NCBI GenBank assembly: GCA_041600715.1
Contig: JBFIJM010000002.1
Span: 5,770 to 69,769, forward strand
Length of the DNA: 64,000 bases
From: Candidatus Saccharimonadales bacterium
GTDB taxonomy: Bacteria; Patescibacteriota; Saccharimonadia; Saccharimonadales; 2-12-FULL-41-12
Direction: 5' to 3'
In this document: positions 61,754 through 64,000 of the stretch, piece after piece
How positions within the stretch are numbered: the first letter of the stretch is position 1
Layout: every line of letters begins with the position of its first letter
Program-made: the position numbers and the translations under genes
Notes under the pieces: generated by a model
Told to the model about the DNA's origin: nothing
Databases searched by the model: none
What the model saw: the letters and a program-made list of their open reading frames with translations, nothing else

Positions 61754-64000
61754 ATGTTCCAACAGTTATTTACAGAACAAGAGTACAGACTTCCTTCTGA
61801 CGACATAGACCCAGCATTAAAAAATCAATCAGATTACTGCTTAAAATGGGCTAAAGGTGTTTATCAACTACACGTTAAAGACCAAGGAGGTATTAGATAC
61901 ACAAAGCTACAAGATATTGACCTTAACAGGCAATATGCTGAAGGTAGACAGCCAGTAGAGAAGTACCTAGACATCCTTTGCCCTAAAAATGCTAAAGGAG
62001 AAAGAAAGAGCTACTTAGATATATCTACAGACATCCTTTCTATAATACCGAAATTCCGTAGTATAGTAATCGGAAAGTTCATTCAAATGGAACATGACAT
62101 CACAGCCAACGCTGTTGATGAGAACTCAGGAACAGAAAGACAAAACATGAAGTATCGTCTTTGGGCTAAATCAAAGGTTCAAGAACTCCTGAAGCCTATT
62201 GACGAGATAATGAAAATCTCAGACGACCCTAATGATGTAAAAGAAATACTCCCAAGAACAGTAGAGGAGCTAGAGATGCTACAAAGCATTGGAGCCTTTA
62301 AGCTGAAGTGGGAAGCAGGGATGGAGAAGTTACTGAAGGATGCCTTCTATATCAGTAAATGGGACGACACCAAGGTAAAGCTATATGAGGACATCTTTGA
62401 CTTAGGGATATGTGCCACTAGAGACTACACAGATAAGGTCACAGGAAAAGCGAAAGCTAGATATGTTGACATCAAGAGGTTGATTGTGCGACACTCCAAC
62501 GACCACCATTACACAAACATTGACTATGCAGGGGAAATCTTAGATTTAACACCAAATCAAATTAGGGTAGATGCAGGAGAAGACATTCCGGCAGAGCAGT
62601 TGAATGAGATTATCCGAATGTACAACGACAGTAACCACCTAGATTTTGCTTTCAATGAGAGCATCAATGAGCTTTACGAGCAACATGGGAACCTAGACGT
62701 TAAAGTTCTTGATCTTACTTGGAAAACTATTGACACAATAAAAGGAGAATGGAAGACTGACTCAAGAGGACACAGAAGATTCTACAACAAGCCATTTGAC
62801 TATGTACAGAAAAAGTCTAACAACCGAGAAGTATTGGTTGGTAAAAAACAGATGGTATACAAGTGTAAGTGGATAGTAGGCTCAAACTACGTATATGATT
62901 TCGGTGTTGAAGAAGACATCATCAGAAAAGACCTTAAGACGGCAGAGCTACCATTTAGCATCCATAGAGTATCAAGGAAGTCTATGCTAGACTCTATCAT
63001 ACCTTTAGAGGACAACCTACAATTAGCGTGGCTTAAGTTTCAAAACTCATTAGCTAAGGCCGCCCCAGGTGGTATCGCTGTAGATGTAGGAGCCCTAAAG
63101 AACATCACCAATGGAAAGAATAAGCTAGAGCCACTACAATTACTTGAGATTAGAAGGCAAACAGGGGATTTACTCTTTAAGTCCACCACTCACCACAGCC
63201 AAGTAATCAACCCAAATGCAGGAAGACCTATTATCGACCTACCAGGGGGAGCAGGATCAGAGCTTGATGAACATATCAAGGTTATGGACTTCAATATTGG
63301 GATGATACGTCAGATTACAGGTATTAATGAGTTGATGGATGCAACAGCACCAGCTCCTAATACATTAGTTGGTACTGCCGAAATCGCACAACAAGGAACA
63401 AACAACACTCTATTTAACATCTATAATTCATATAGAAACGTAAAAGAGAATACAGCTAGTAACCTTTCTTTAAGGATTCAGAACATCATAAAGTATGTTG
63501 ACTACAAGCCTTATGACCCTGTGGTTGGAAATGCTATGGCAAATGTATTCAAGCAAGGAAGCCAAGTAGCACACTCAAGCTACGGTATTAAGCTACAGTT
63601 AAGACCACAGGAAGCCGACAGGAGATCTCTTCTTGAGAAGGCTACATTTGCTTTCCAACAGGAGAAACTATCCATGTCCGACTATATGTACCTAGAGCAA
63701 GAAGTTAAGTACGGAAGTATTAAGATGGCTAGAATCTATATGATGTATAGAGAAGACCTATACAATCAACAGAAACAAGCTGAAGCTCAAGCTAACGTGG
63801 AAGCTCAATCTCAAGCAATACAGCAACAACAACAGCAAGCTGCTCAAATGAGAATGGAGGAAAACGCCCAACTATCTCAGAACAACATTAATGAGATGGC
63901 TGCAAGGAAAGACCTTGACGTAGAGGAGTATGGAGCCAAACATGAGATGAAAAAGGATCAGGATAATAACCAATCCGAAAATAAAGTGAAAGAAAATTTA
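61754..64000 (+). CDS. portal (head-to-tail connector) protein, 3' end beyond the window
   Basis: Absent from the ORF track because no stop falls in the window. I translated 749 codons from the ATG at 61754 with no stop (MFQQLFTEQEYRL...GINELMDATAP...QQQQQAAQMRMEEN...). The call rests on size and position after terL. Confidence 0.65.
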   Translation, partial: MFQQLFTEQEYRLPSDDIDPALKNQSDYCLKWAKGVYQLHVKDQGGIRYTKLQDIDLNRQYAEGRQPVEKYLDILCPKNAKGERKSYLDISTDILSIIPKFRSIVIGKFIQMEHDITANAVDENSGTERQNMKYRLWAKSKVQELLKPIDEIMKISDDPNDVKEILPRTVEELEMLQSIGAFKLKWEAGMEKLLKDAFYISKWDDTKVKLYEDIFDLGICATRDYTDKVTGKAKARYVDIKRLIVRHSNDHHYTNIDYAGEILDLTPNQIRVDAGEDIPAEQLNEIIRMYNDSNHLDFAFNESINELYEQHGNLDVKVLDLTWKTIDTIKGEWKTDSRGHRRFYNKPFDYVQKKSNNREVLVGKKQMVYKCKWIVGSNYVYDFGVEEDIIRKDLKTAELPFSIHRVSRKSMLDSIIPLEDNLQLAWLKFQNSLAKAAPGGIAVDVGALKNITNGKNKLEPLQLLEIRRQTGDLLFKSTTHHSQVINPNAGRPIIDLPGGAGSELDEHIKVMDFNIGMIRQITGINELMDATAPAPNTLVGTAEIAQQGTNNTLFNIYNSYRNVKENTASNLSLRIQNIIKYVDYKPYDPVVGNAMANVFKQGSQVAHSSYGIKLQLRPQEADRRSLLEKATFAFQQEKLSMSDYMYLEQEVKYGSIKMARIYMMYREDLYNQQKQAEAQANVEAQSQAIQQQQQQAAQMRMEENAQLSQNNINEMAARKDLDVEEYGAKHEMKKDQDNNQSENKVKENL

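Noticed and set aside
1-64000. TAnnTTTG boxes as a general promoter map, and lysogeny/mobile-element genes.
   Set aside because: The 6-specified-base motif is expected dozens of times per strand by chance. I therefore listed only a few copies lying in real intergenic gaps, at low confidence. No integrase, transposase, excisionase or attachment-site repeat was seen.

Overview
The window looks like most of a tailed dsDNA phage genome with a podovirus-like layout. I saw no rRNA, tRNA, CRISPR array, integrase or transposase. AT-rich gene starts that mostly lack Shine-Dalgarno sites, plus TAnnTTTG-type boxes, suggest a Bacteroidota/Flavobacteriia host; that is inference only.

Layout:
(i) 1-29.7 kb, rightward late block. 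It holds three tail-fibre genes with VTTDK and THTGDVTG repeats, an 89-aa PLA2-signature protein and a 1769-aa structural protein. Next come three proteins of 226, 522 and 2563 aa resembling internal/ejection proteins, a LamG protein, a lysis cassette (holin, M15 endolysin, spanin-like genes) and a 609-aa fibre/spike. A hairpin terminator closes the block.
(ii) 29.8-31.5 kb, a small rightward module including RusA-like and HNH-like genes.
(iii) 31.5-53.0 kb, leftward early/replication block. It holds a PD-(D/E)XK exonuclease with a putative annealase, a GroES-GroEL operon, a gp2.5-like SSB and a RecA/DnaB-fold helicase. It also holds a replisome-organiser-like protein, a ParB/DGQHR protein, a C5 DNA methyltransferase, an M20/M42-type peptidase and about 25 small unknown genes.
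(iv) 53.0-54.2 kb, an ORF-free, hairpin-rich region where leftward and rightward transcription diverge.
(v) 54.2-64 kb, rightward. It holds a Cro-like HTH, an array of mini-genes, a possible double-Cpn10 protein, an H1-like protein, terminase, and the first 749 codons of a portal gene that runs off the window.

The most unusual signals:
- a modular ~50-nt element repeated in front of at least eleven leftward genes
- the 1.2-kb structured non-coding region
- the mini-gene array joined by a conserved stop-start junction motif
- the phage-borne GroES/GroEL pair, plus a possible tandem GroES-like protein

All functional calls come from motifs read by eye. No database search was possible.
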